From Gemmatimonadota bacterium (GTDB lineage Bacteria > Gemmatimonadota > Gemmatimonadetes > Gemmatimonadales > Gemmatimonadaceae): a DNA stretch of 44,660 nucleotides. The number at the start of each line of letters is the position of its first letter. Within the stretch, counting starts at the first letter, position 1. This document shows positions 9,348 to 20,162 of this stretch, piece after piece. The stretch lies in contig JANMLN010000042.1 of the NCBI GenBank assembly GCA_031372565.1, forward strand, positions 1-44,660, read 5' to 3'. A program made the translations under genes and the position numbers. The notes beneath the pieces were generated by a model. The model was given only the letters and a program-made list of their open reading frames with translations. It was not told the DNA's origin and made no database searches.

Positions 9348-9875
9348 CTAGTGCCCGCTCCGCTCGACCAAGCGCCCGGAAAAATTGTGCGTGCTCACGT
9401 CGCGCCCCCCGTTCAAGCTCCGCACATACACCGTCAGCATCCAGATCTGGTCATTGGCAATCCGTCCGCCCCAGGCCGGCATGCCATCGGGACGCCCCTG
9501 ATAGATCGACTCGAACACCTCGCCGGCGCTGCCACCGAAGTGCCAACGGCCATCCGCGAGCGAAGGCCCCATCGACCCGTTGCCATCCGCGCCGTGGCAG
9601 TCGATGCAGTTGTACGACACGTACAGCTTGGCCCCGATCGCGAGCGCCTTCGCGTCGCGCTCGTACGGGTTCGTGAGCGCCAGCGGCTTGTCGTTCGACG
9701 GCCAACCCACCGGATACGTGTCCGGGTGCGGCACGAAGCGCAACGTGTCCGGGCCGCCCTGTGGCGCCGCGGGGGCCGCGCCCACGCGCAGAAAGGCGAC
9801 GGTGGCGCTCGCCGTCACGACGGCAAGCGTCAGGTGTGGCACGAGCGCGCGCAGCGATCGCATCAGCGGTCTCAT
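9348..9875 (-). CDS. Monoheme c-type cytochrome, cytochrome cL (MxaG/XoxG)-like electron acceptor
   Basis: NPYERDAKALAIGAKLY, CIDCH heme motif, MGPSLADGRW, GMPAWGG (candidate axial Met). N-terminal signal/anchor. ATGA overlap with the dehydrogenase stop. Confidence 0.88.
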   Translation of the reverse strand: MRPLMRSLRALVPHLTLAVVTASATVAFLRVGAAPAAPQGGPDTLRFVPHPDTYPVGWPSNDKPLALTNPYERDAKALAIGAKLYVSYNCIDCHGADGNGSMGPSLADGRWHFGGSAGEVFESIYQGRPDGMPAWGGRIANDQIWMLTVYVRSLNGGRDVSTHNFSGRLVERSGH

Positions 9876-11767
9876 GGCAGTGCGAACACGAAGAGTTCTC
9901 CTCCCCAACTGGTCCACTTGGCAAGCCCCGGGAGCGTGGTCCCGCGTTCGCGCACGTCGTAGGGCAAGTTCACCGCCACATCGCCGGCGATCAACAGACC
10001 CATGTCGCCGCCGATGCCCGCGTACACGGCCACGTATTGCTTGCCATCAGGGCCGGTATACGTCATCGGATTGCCGACGACCCCCGATCCGACCTTGAAC
10101 TTCCACAGCGGCGTCCCGGTCTTCGCGTCCACGGCCTTGAACCAACCATCGAGCGTGCCGTAGAAGGCGACGCCGCCCTTCGTCACGAGCACGCCGCTCC
10201 AGAGCGGGAAAGGCTCCTTGATGCCCCACGCCTTGGTCCCGGTACTCGCATCCCACGCGATGAACTCGCCACCGAAACCGCCGGGCCCCTGCTTCTCGGG
10301 CGCGTCCGCTCCGATGTACGGCGTGCCGGGGATGTAACTGACCGGTCGCGCCTTGAAGTCCATGCACAGGTTGACCGTCGGTACGTAGAAGAGTCCCGTC
10401 TGCGGGCTGAAGGCGGCAGGCTGCTGATTCTTTCCCCCCTCAAGGCTCGGGCAGATGTTGGTCACCTGCCGCTCCCCCTCGGTCGTCTTGTCCGGATTGA
10501 CGATCGGCCGCCCGGTCTTGAGATCGATCCCCTTGGCCCAATTCACGTTCACGAACGGCTCGGCCAGGATCACCTCGCCTGTGCCGCGATCGACCGTGTA
10601 CGCGAAACCGTTGCGATCGAAGTGCACGAGCGCCTTGCGCGGCGTTCCCTTGACGGTCAAGTCGACGAGAATGTTCTCGTTGACCGCGTCGTAGTCCCAC
10701 ATGTCGTGGGGCGTGACCTGCAGCACCCAGCGGAGCTTGCCCGTGTCCGCATCCCGCGCCATGATCGCGCAGGTCCACTTGTTGTCACCGGGACGCTTCG
10801 ATTCGTTCCAGGGGCCGGGGTTGGATGTGCCGTAGTAGATCAGGTTGAGCGCCGGATCGTACGAGACCCATCCCCACGCGACGCCGCCGCCCTGTTTCCA
10901 GCTGTCACCAATCCAAGTGCTCACTCCAAGGTTGGCGCCGCGATCATGCGCGTAGAACGGGGCAAAGCTCGAGTCGATCATCACGTCCTTGTCGGGACCG
11001 ACATTGTACGCGCGCCACAGCAGCTTGCCCGTGCGCGCGTCGAGTGCGCCCACCCAGCCGCGCACCCCCATCTCGCCGCCGCTCGAGCCCACCATGACTT
11101 TCCCCTTCACCACGATCGGCGCCATCGTGATCGTCTCGCCAAGGCTGACGTCGCCCATCCGCGTCCTCCAGACCTGCTCGCCCGTGGCCGCGTTGACCGC
11201 CACCGTATGCCCGTCGAGCAGGTTGTAGATCACGAGCCCCTCGAAGAATGCCGCCCCGCGATTGACCACGTCGCAGCAGGCACGCCCGGCCGCCGCCTGC
11301 GCGTTCTCGGGACGGAAGCGCCACTTGAGCGGCTGCCCCTCGGTCTTGAGATCGATCGCGTAGGCGACGTTCGGGAAGGGGGTGATCACGTACATCGTGT
11401 TGTCGATCACGAGCGGTTGGCCTTCATGCCCGCGCAACGTGCCCGTCGAGAAGGCCCATGCGACGTGCAGTCCCTTCACGTTGCTGGCCGTGATCTGGTC
11501 GAGCTCCGCATATCGCGAGTTGCTGTAGTCGCCACCCGGCATCGGCCATTCACCGATGGGACCGGGACGCGGCACGGCGATGCGCGCCCCCGCCTGTTGG
11601 GCGCTGCTGGCCGCTGCGCTTGCGGCCGCAACAGCATTCGCCTCCGCACCATCGGTGCGGGCGCCGCTGCCCTTGTCGGCACAGGCGAGGATCGCTGCCA
11701 TCACGAGGGCCGAACCGCAGGGCCGAAACAGGAGACGCGCGGTGTGCGCAGGACGGGCGTCCGACAT
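9872..11767 (-). CDS. PQQ-dependent methanol/ethanol-family dehydrogenase, XoxF-like lanthanide type, predicted lipoprotein
   Basis: HEGQPLV, ACCDVVNRG (vicinal cysteines), SGGEMGVRG, GTSNPGPWN, RPGDNKW, HDMWDYDAVNE (D-x-D), HFDRNG. Lipobox ILAC (Cys29 counting from ATG 11767). Confidence 0.9.
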   Translation of the reverse strand: MSDARPAHTARLLFRPCGSALVMAAILACADKGSGARTDGAEANAVAAASAAASSAQQAGARIAVPRPGPIGEWPMPGGDYSNSRYAELDQITASNVKGLHVAWAFSTGTLRGHEGQPLVIDNTMYVITPFPNVAYAIDLKTEGQPLKWRFRPENAQAAAGRACCDVVNRGAAFFEGLVIYNLLDGHTVAVNAATGEQVWRTRMGDVSLGETITMAPIVVKGKVMVGSSGGEMGVRGWVGALDARTGKLLWRAYNVGPDKDVMIDSSFAPFYAHDRGANLGVSTWIGDSWKQGGGVAWGWVSYDPALNLIYYGTSNPGPWNESKRPGDNKWTCAIMARDADTGKLRWVLQVTPHDMWDYDAVNENILVDLTVKGTPRKALVHFDRNGFAYTVDRGTGEVILAEPFVNVNWAKGIDLKTGRPIVNPDKTTEGERQVTNICPSLEGGKNQQPAAFSPQTGLFYVPTVNLCMDFKARPVSYIPGTPYIGADAPEKQGPGGFGGEFIAWDASTGTKAWGIKEPFPLWSGVLVTKGGVAFYGTLDGWFKAVDAKTGTPLWKFKVGSGVVGNPMTYTGPDGKQYVAVYAGIGGDMGLLIAGDVAVNLPYDVRERGTTLPGLAKWTSWGGELFVFALP

Positions 11768-11884
11768 GAGATCCGGGGCGGAGGGGTGGCGGTGCTCCCG
11801 TAGGTTGGCGGCTGGCGCGCCGCCGCGCCAGCGGGCGCAGAGGCCCGCTGACGGCGCGCGGGGGTGCCGGTATACCTTTCTCCC

Positions 11885-13435
<1,551 letters not shown>

Positions 13436-13440
13436 CTGGA

Positions 13441-13706
13441 GAGGGATTTGGAGATCTGGAGAGGTGCGGGGGTGGGAGACACAGAACACACAGAGACGCA
13501 CAGAGAAGGCAGCGCAGCCAGCGCCGTGCTGCACACCATGAACCCGGCAGATCTCGACTGATGGCCACGGCACGGCCCCATGTCCCGGCTCTCGCGCTCG
13601 CACCGCCATCACCTCCACGAATCACGCCACCCAGCCCGTCCTCTGTGATCCTCGGTGTGCTCGGTGTCTCCCACCCCCGCACCTCTCCAGACCTCCATAA
13701 CCCCTC
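13441..13706. repeat. Long imperfect inverted repeat (about 70-bp arms) in the pccB-biotin carboxylase spacer, MITE/REP-like
   Basis: Arms at about 13441-13510 and 13635-13706. Perfect 28-bp core: TCTGGAGAGGTGCGGGGGTGGGAGACAC (13455-13482) is the reverse complement of 13664-13691. Confidence 0.85.
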
Positions 13707-13761
13707 CCGAAAGCCCGACAGCCCGACACCACGCACGACCGAACCACGCCATCACCCCCTC

Positions 13762-15288
13762 ATGTTCTCGAAGCTCCTCGTCGCCAACCGCGGCGAAATC
13801 GCCCTCCGCATCATCCGCGCCTGCCGGGAACTCGGCGTGCGCTCCGTGGCGGTCTACTCCGACGCCGACGCGCAGGCGCCGCATGTGCGCGAGGCCGATG
13901 AGGCCGTGCGCATCGGACCCGCCCCGTCGAGTGAGAGCTATCTCAAGGGCGATCTGATCATCGACGTGGCCAAGCGGGTGGGCGCCGAGGCCATTCATCC
14001 CGGCTACGGCTTCCTGAGCGAACGCGAGTGGTTCGCACGGGCCGTGCGGGAGGCGGGGCTCGTGTGGGTCGGCCCGCCAGCCGAAGCCATCGCCGCCATG
14101 GGCAGCAAGACGGCGGCGCGCACGCTCGCCATCGCCGCAGGGGTTCCGGTGGTGCCGGGCACCGCGCAGGGCCTGGTCGACGCCGACGAGGCTCGGGCCA
14201 TCGCGGCACGGTACGGATATCCGGTGCTGCTCAAGGCGGCCGCAGGCGGCGGGGGCAAGGGGATGCGGATCGTGCGCGCCGACGGCGACATGGCGGCAGC
14301 ACTCGAATCCGCGCGCTCCGAGGCCCGCAAGGCGTTCGGCGACGATGCCGTCTACGTCGAGAAGTACATCGAGGGGCCGCGCCACGTGGAGATTCAGGTG
14401 CTCGCGGATCAGCACGGCCACTGCATTTCCCTCGGCGAACGGGAGTGCTCGGTGCAGCGACGGCACCAGAAGATGATCGAAGAAGCGCCGTCGATCGCGG
14501 TGAGCCCGGAGTTGCGTCTGCGCATGGGAGCGGTTGCGGTCGCCGCGGCCAAGGCCGCCGGGTACGTGAACGCCGGCACGTGCGAGTTCCTGCTCGATCG
14601 GGACGGGAACTTCTACTTCCTCGAGATGAACACGCGCATCCAGGTGGAGCATCCGGTCACCGAGCTGGTGACGGGACTCGACCTCGTGCAGTGGCAGATC
14701 CGCATCGCCGCCGGCGAACCGCTCCCGTTCACGGAGTCGCTCGTGCCGCGCGGGTGGGCCATCGAGTGCCGGATCACCAGTGAAGACCCCTCCAACGGCT
14801 TCCTGCCGAGCACAGGGCGCATCGCGCACCTGCACGTGCCGGGTGGTCCGGGGGTGCGGTGGGACAGTGGCATCGAGACCGGGAGCGACGTCGGCCTCTT
14901 CTACGATCCCATGCTCGCCAAGTTGATCGTGCACGCCGCCACGCGCGAGCAGGCGATCGCCCGCATGCATCGCGCACTGCTGGAGCTCACGATCGACGGC
15001 ATCGAGACGTCGCGCGAGTTCCACCTGCGCGTGATGGAGCATCCGGACTGGCAGTCGGGGAACATTTCGATCCAGTGGCTCGAGCAGCATCTCGACGAGA
15101 TCGCGACCCCGCAGGCACCGCGCGCCACGGTGGTGGCCGCCGCCGTGGCGGCTGCCCTCATCGCGGATCGCGATCGGCATGCGCGCACCGGACCCGCCGG
15201 CGCGAGCACCTCAACTCGCGCGACCGTGGCGAGCGCCGCTCCCGGCAGCGCGTGGCGGCAGGCCGCATTGCGCGACGGGATGCGATAG
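13762..15288 (+). CDS. accC: Biotin carboxylase subunit of an acetyl/propionyl-CoA carboxylase
   Basis: MFSKLLVANRGEIA, IHPGYGFLSE, GGGGKGMRIV, ERECSVQRRHQK, FLEMNTRIQVEHPVTE, YDPMLAKLI. No biotinyl domain. Confidence 0.92.
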   Translation: MFSKLLVANRGEIALRIIRACRELGVRSVAVYSDADAQAPHVREADEAVRIGPAPSSESYLKGDLIIDVAKRVGAEAIHPGYGFLSEREWFARAVREAGLVWVGPPAEAIAAMGSKTAARTLAIAAGVPVVPGTAQGLVDADEARAIAARYGYPVLLKAAAGGGGKGMRIVRADGDMAAALESARSEARKAFGDDAVYVEKYIEGPRHVEIQVLADQHGHCISLGERECSVQRRHQKMIEEAPSIAVSPELRLRMGAVAVAAAKAAGYVNAGTCEFLLDRDGNFYFLEMNTRIQVEHPVTELVTGLDLVQWQIRIAAGEPLPFTESLVPRGWAIECRITSEDPSNGFLPSTGRIAHLHVPGGPGVRWDSGIETGSDVGLFYDPMLAKLIVHAATREQAIARMHRALLELTIDGIETSREFHLRVMEHPDWQSGNISIQWLEQHLDEIATPQAPRATVVAAAVAAALIADRDRHARTGPAGASTSTRATVASAAPGSAWRQAALRDGMR

Positions 15289-15321
15289 GTGCCACGCAGT
15301 GCCGCGGTGCCTCGGGAGGCG

Positions 15322-16584
15322 ATGGCATCGCCCATGACCGTCACGCTCGACATCCAGTCGATCGGCGCCGGGGGCGTGGGCGTCGCGCGCACCGACGGGC
15401 GCGTGGTGTTCGTGCCACGCACGGCACCGGGTGACCTGGTCGAGGTCACGCTCGATCCCGCGGCTGACGATGCGCGGTTCCACACGGGACGCGTGAGCCG
15501 GGTGATCACGAACGGCCCCGGCCGCGTCGCACCGGCATGCGCGCATTACTCCGCGGACGACTGCGGTGGATGCCAACTGCAGCATCTCGGAATCAGCGCA
15601 CAGAGTGACGCCAAGGCGGGCATCATCCGCGATGCGTTCCAACGGATCGGCAAGCGACCACTCGCGGCGCCACCCGACATTCACCTGGGCCCGTCACCGT
15701 GGCGGTACCGACGCTCGCTGTCACTGCACTTTCGACCGCTCGGCGGGGGAGCATGGCGTGCCGGGCTGCACGCCTACCACACCCCGGGCGCCATCTTCAC
15801 GTTGGATGACTGCCTGATCACGCGCGAACCCGTCGTGGCGGCGCTCAAGGCCGTCGTTGCCGCTGGCGTGCACCTGCCGCTGTGGGACGGACTGCGCATC
15901 ACCGCCCGCGAGACCCCCTCGGGCGTGGCGCTCATGATCGAGGGCGCCGAGCAATGGCGCCCCGCGGATGCCGAGGCGCTGCTCGCAGCGGTTCCCGCCG
16001 TGAGCGCCATCTGGTGGCATCCGCATCGCAGCCGCCGCCGCCTGATGGCCGATCGCCGCACGCACGCGGAGCCTGGCGCGTCGTTTGCACAGGTGAACGC
16101 CGAGGTGGCCGCACTGCTCCGCACGCACCTGCTCGAACGGGCGCGCGCCTTCGCACCGCGCACGGTGGTCGACGCGTACGCGGGATCGGGGGAGACGGCG
16201 GTGCCGCTCGCCATGTGGGGCGCCCGGGTGACCGCGATCGAACTCGATGCCGAGGCCTCGCGCTGGTGCGCCGCGCGCCTGCCGGCGGGATCGACGTCCA
16301 TCGCGGCGCGCGTGGAAGACGCGCTCCCGCAGGCGCTCCCGGCGGACGTGGTGATCGTGAACCCGCCGCGCGATGGCCTGGCAGCGAAGGTCACCGCAGC
16401 GCTCGCTGCGGCGGCCGCCACGACCCGCGCGATCCTCTACGTGAGTTGCAACCCCGCCACGCTGGCCCGCGATGTCGGCCGTCTCGGCGGCTGGCGCGTG
16501 TCGCACCTCAATGCCTTCGACATGTTCCCGCAGACTGCGCATGTCGAAACCGTCTGTGAACTGGTACCGGAGACCTCGTCATGA
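15322..16584 (+). CDS. TRAM-domain RNA m5U methyltransferase (RlmD/RlmC/TrmA family)
   Basis: TRAM-like N-terminus, C-x6-CGGC Fe-S motif, SFAQVN, DAYAGSG, NPPR, YVSCNPATLARD (catalytic Cys), DMFPQTAHVE. GGAGG before ATG 15322. Confidence 0.88.
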   Translation: MASPMTVTLDIQSIGAGGVGVARTDGRVVFVPRTAPGDLVEVTLDPAADDARFHTGRVSRVITNGPGRVAPACAHYSADDCGGCQLQHLGISAQSDAKAGIIRDAFQRIGKRPLAAPPDIHLGPSPWRYRRSLSLHFRPLGGGAWRAGLHAYHTPGAIFTLDDCLITREPVVAALKAVVAAGVHLPLWDGLRITARETPSGVALMIEGAEQWRPADAEALLAAVPAVSAIWWHPHRSRRRLMADRRTHAEPGASFAQVNAEVAALLRTHLLERARAFAPRTVVDAYAGSGETAVPLAMWGARVTAIELDAEASRWCAARLPAGSTSIAARVEDALPQALPADVVIVNPPRDGLAAKVTAALAAAAATTRAILYVSCNPATLARDVGRLGGWRVSHLNAFDMFPQTAHVETVCELVPETSS

Positions 16585-17081
16585 AGTACATCGTGCAGGT
16601 GGGGGCCGAGCGCGTCGAGGTCGTGATCGACGGCGCAGACGTGCTCGTCGAGGGGGTACCGGTCCGCGCGCACCTGGCCGACGTGCCGGGCTCACCCGTC
16701 CGGCTTGTGACGATCGACGACGACGTGCATCGCGTGGTGGCCCGCCGCGGTGCCGAGCGCGGCGCGTATGCGCTGCGGATGGACGGCTGGCGGTTCGACG
16801 TCGATGCCCTGGACGAGCGCAGTCGCGCCATCCGCGACCTGTCCGCCGCGAGTGCGGCGGCCAAAGGCCCCGCGCCGCTGGTCGCTCCCATGCCGGGGCT
16901 CATCGTCCGTGTCACCGTGCAGCCGGGGGACGTCGTGATCCCGGGGCAGGGTCTCGTGGTGATGGAAGCGATGAAGATGGAGAACGAGCTCAAGGCGGCC
17001 AGCGCCGGAACCGTGGTGCGCGTGCTGGCGGTGCCGGGGACCGCCGTGGAGAAGGGAACCCTCCTCGTCGAACTCGCGTAA
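16581..17081 (+). CDS. Biotin carboxyl carrier protein
   Basis: APMPG and EAMKMENEL biotinylation motif. ATGA overlap with the methyltransferase stop. Confidence 0.92.
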   Translation: MKYIVQVGAERVEVVIDGADVLVEGVPVRAHLADVPGSPVRLVTIDDDVHRVVARRGAERGAYALRMDGWRFDVDALDERSRAIRDLSAASAAAKGPAPLVAPMPGLIVRVTVQPGDVVIPGQGLVVMEAMKMENELKAASAGTVVRVLAVPGTAVEKGTLLVELA

Positions 17082-17093
17082 GGCCCGTTCGCC

Positions 17094-19520
17094 CTACGGT
17101 GTGTGTGCGGCCGTCATCGTCGAGAGACGATCGACCAGCGCATTCAACTCGAACGGCTTGATCAGCACCTGATCCGGGTGCCACGGGGCGTCAGGTGCCG
17201 CCTCGAACGAGCGGCCGGCATGCCCCGTCATGCAGAGCACGGCGGGTCGAACGCCGTGCGAGCGGATCCGCTCAGCCAACTCGATCCCGCCCAGACGCGG
17301 CATCACGATGTCCGTGAGCACCACGTCGACCTCCCACTCGTGCTCGGCGAGCGTCGAAAGTGCTTCGAGGCCATCGCGTGCCGCGTGCACCCGATAGCCG
17401 CGTCGCTCGAGGAAGCGTGCAATCGACAGGCGCAACGCATCCTCGTCATCGACCACGAGGATGACTCGCGGCGCCGCCGCCACCGGGAGCGCGATCGAGG
17501 CGGACGCGCGCGCAGGAGCACCGGTCGCCTTCGGCAGCCGCACGTTCATGCGCGTGCCGGCCCCGGGAAGTGAATCCACGCTGATCTCGCCCCCCGCCTT
17601 GGTGACGATGCCATACACGGTCGCCAGACCAAGCCCCGTGCCGCGTCCTCGCGGCTTGGTGGTGAAGAACGGCTCGAAGATGCGGGCGCGCGTCGCCGCG
17701 TCCATCCCGGTGCCGGTGTCGCCGACCCGGAGGACCACGTGCCCCTGTTCGGACCACGCCTCGAGACGGATCACGCCACCGTCGGGCATCGCGTCGCGCG
17801 CATTGATGACCAGGTTGAGGATCACCTGCTCCAGCTGGCCGCGATCCACCAGCACCATGGCGCCCGCGGACGGCATGTCGGCCCGCAACTCGATTTCCCG
17901 GGGCAGGAGGCGTCCCATCATGGGCGTCATCGCGGTGACGACCTCCGCGATGTTGACGAGTGTCGGGGCGGCCGCTTCGCCACGACTGAACTCGAGCAGC
18001 TGACGGGTGAGCGTGGCCCCGCGGCGGGCGGCGTCCTCGATGTCCTGCGCCTCGGGGCCGGGCGCGGTTTCACGGAGGAGCTGCGCGTTGGCAAGCACCG
18101 CCGCGAGAATGTTGTTGAAGTCGTGCGCGATGCCGCCCGCGAGGGAGCCGATCGCCTCCAGCTTCTGCGACTGGCGGAGCTGCTCCTCGAGTCGCTCCCG
18201 TTCGCTCACGTCGCGGACGTTGAGCACGATGCCGTGAATCGCGGGATCACCGGTGAGGTCGGTCAGGAACCCTTCCACGTCGCGCCAACTGCCGTCGGCG
18301 CCCATGCGCCAGTTCGCGGCGCGGATCGGCGTGTCCGGGCCGATGTCGAGGAGCATCGTACCGACGCGCGCGCGATCGGCTGGGTGCACCACCGCGAGGA
18401 GGTCACCCTCGGTCAAGGTCGCCGTCCCCATGCCGAGCTGGTGCGGCGCCGACGGGCTCGTGTAGGACAATCGACCCGTGCGATCACACACGAAGGTCAT
18501 GTCGTGCGAGTTCTGGACCAGCGACCGGAAGCGCGCATCGCCCTGGGCCCGGGCCGTGGCGAGCTGGCGGTTCTGCCGGCGCAGGTCGGCCTGTCGTGCG
18601 ACTTCGAGGCCCACGACCATCACGGTGGCCGCGAGCAGCACGATCTCGTCGAGCGCGCGATTGCGCGCCGTCTCGATCACGAGCGGCACGAGGACCAGCC
18701 CCAGCGCCGCAAGCGGCCACCATGAGGCGCGCGCGGTGATGGGCCGCTCCTCGGGAGCGGTCACGTCGATCGATCGCCGATGCATCATCGGTGCCGCGGC
18801 CAGCAGCACGTAGGCGAGCGAGAGCGGAACGTCCGACAAGGCGCCGGTGTGGTACTGCCCCGTCAGTTGGAGCGGCCCCATCCAGGTATCGCCCACCGCG
18901 AAGGCGCCCATCGCTCCCGCCAGCAGCCACATGCTGGGGCGGGCGTCGCGGTCCTGCTCGGCACGGGCGACGGTCCAGCTGGCATACGCCAGCACGAAGT
19001 CGCCGCCCATCGTCATGAGGACGATGATCGTCTCGCCGATGTCGGCGCGATCGAGGACCGGCGTGTAGACCCAGGCGAGATACCAGGTGAGCGCCACGGC
19101 GCCGGTCGTGATCACGGCGGCGTCCAACCAGCGACGCCGCGCCTCCGCCCGGAGTCGCCGAGCGGTGGGAAAGACGGACAGTGCGGTCATGACGAACGGG
19201 TAGTACAGGAGCATGGCCGCGCTCGACCACAGCGGTACCTGGGCGCTGGGTCGGCCCCCGCCAAAGAACAACCAGCGGATGTTGGTCAGGGCGTTGATCG
19301 AGAGCCCGATCGCCAGCAGGCGCCAGGCGGTGCGCGACTCCGATGCGAGCGTATCCCGGCGCGCGGCGCTCCACGCGGTGGCGGCACAGGCCCACGGGTA
19401 GGCGAGGAAGAGCAGGTCGTTGAGCTGCGGGTTGGCGGCCGCGCCCCCGATCAGGACCCAGCCGGCATAGGCGATCCAGAGCAGGCCGAATCCGGCGAGT
19501 GCGCGTTGGACAGTCGTCAT
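17094..19520 (-). CDS. Hybrid sensor histidine kinase/response regulator (multi-TM, PAS, HisKA, HATPase, REC; CckA-like)
   Basis: About 9 TM helices, PAS ([22 protein letters not shown]), H-box [34 protein letters not shown], receiver LVVDDE..LTDIVMP..KPF. Confidence 0.93.
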   Translation of the reverse strand: MTTVQRALAGFGLLWIAYAGWVLIGGAAANPQLNDLLFLAYPWACAATAWSAARRDTLASESRTAWRLLAIGLSINALTNIRWLFFGGGRPSAQVPLWSSAAMLLYYPFVMTALSVFPTARRLRAEARRRWLDAAVITTGAVALTWYLAWVYTPVLDRADIGETIIVLMTMGGDFVLAYASWTVARAEQDRDARPSMWLLAGAMGAFAVGDTWMGPLQLTGQYHTGALSDVPLSLAYVLLAAAPMMHRRSIDVTAPEERPITARASWWPLAALGLVLVPLVIETARNRALDEIVLLAATVMVVGLEVARQADLRRQNRQLATARAQGDARFRSLVQNSHDMTFVCDRTGRLSYTSPSAPHQLGMGTATLTEGDLLAVVHPADRARVGTMLLDIGPDTPIRAANWRMGADGSWRDVEGFLTDLTGDPAIHGIVLNVRDVSERERLEEQLRQSQKLEAIGSLAGGIAHDFNNILAAVLANAQLLRETAPGPEAQDIEDAARRGATLTRQLLEFSRGEAAAPTLVNIAEVVTAMTPMMGRLLPREIELRADMPSAGAMVLVDRGQLEQVILNLVINARDAMPDGGVIRLEAWSEQGHVVLRVGDTGTGMDAATRARIFEPFFTTKPRGRGTGLGLATVYGIVTKAGGEISVDSLPGAGTRMNVRLPKATGAPARASASIALPVAAAPRVILVVDDEDALRLSIARFLERRGYRVHAARDGLEALSTLAEHEWEVDVVLTDIVMPRLGGIELAERIRSHGVRPAVLCMTGHAGRSFEAAPDAPWHPDQVLIKPFELNALVDRLSTMTAAHTP

Positions 19521-19574
19521 TGGGGCGAAACGTTAGTCGCAGGACCACCCGTGCGCCGCCGGATTGTGGGACGG

Positions 19575-19603
19575 TTGACCTCGGCTAACCTCCTGTCTAT
19601 CTT
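19575..19603 (+). promoter_or_regulatory. Sigma70-type promoter for the rplM-rpsI operon
   Basis: TTGACC (19575-19580), 17-bp spacer, TATCTT (19598-19603), about 105 bp upstream of rplM. Confidence 0.7.
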
Positions 19604-19709
19604 GCAGTTCTGTCCAAAAACGCCCTGCCAAGGGCGTCCCGAGACCCGGGTTGCATTCCGCACCGGTGAGGGCGCAGTTATTTCCGGCATTACTGGTTCA
19701 ACCACCCGC

Positions 19710-20159
19710 ATGCGCAGCACTTACACTGCGACGCCAAGCGACATTCAGCACGACTGGTACATCGTCGATGCCGAAGGAATGGTCCTGGGTCGCCTCGCCA
19801 CCGAAATCGCGCGGATCATTCGCGGCAAGCACAAGGCGATGTACACGCCCCACATGGACACGGGCGACAACGTCATCGTCATCAATGCCAGCAAGGTGAA
19901 GGTCACCGGCCGCAAGGCGGAGCAGAAGACCTACTTCGCCTACTCCGGCTACATGGGACACGAGAAGCACATTCCCTTCGCGTCCATGCTCGCCAAGCAC
20001 CCCGAGCGCGTGATCGAGAAGGCGGTCCACGGCATGCTGCCCAAGACGGCCCTTGGCCGCCAGAAGCTCCGGCTCAAGCTCCGCGTGTACGCGGGCGCCG
20101 AGCACCCGCATGTCGCCCAGGCCCCCAAGACGCTCACCTTCGGCAAGGACGGGAAGTAA
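19710..20159 (+). CDS. rplM: 50S ribosomal protein L13
   Basis: [43 protein letters not shown]. Confidence 0.98.
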   Translation: MRSTYTATPSDIQHDWYIVDAEGMVLGRLATEIARIIRGKHKAMYTPHMDTGDNVIVINASKVKVTGRKAEQKTYFAYSGYMGHEKHIPFASMLAKHPERVIEKAVHGMLPKTALGRQKLRLKLRVYAGAEHPHVAQAPKTLTFGKDGK

Positions 20160-20162
20160 GCC

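Noticed and set aside
13441..13706. Possible CRISPR array or IS element
   Set aside because: The repeats are inverted rather than direct with spacers. There is no cas or transposase gene, and I could not identify a target-site duplication.
13561..13761. Pro/Ser-rich N-terminal extension of biotin carboxylase
   Set aside because: It is a translation of the inverted-repeat element. The family start MFSKLLVANRGE is at 13762.
18780..19709. 459-aa ORF appearing to extend L13
   Set aside because: Antisense to the histidine kinase and spans the promoter. L13 starts at 19710.
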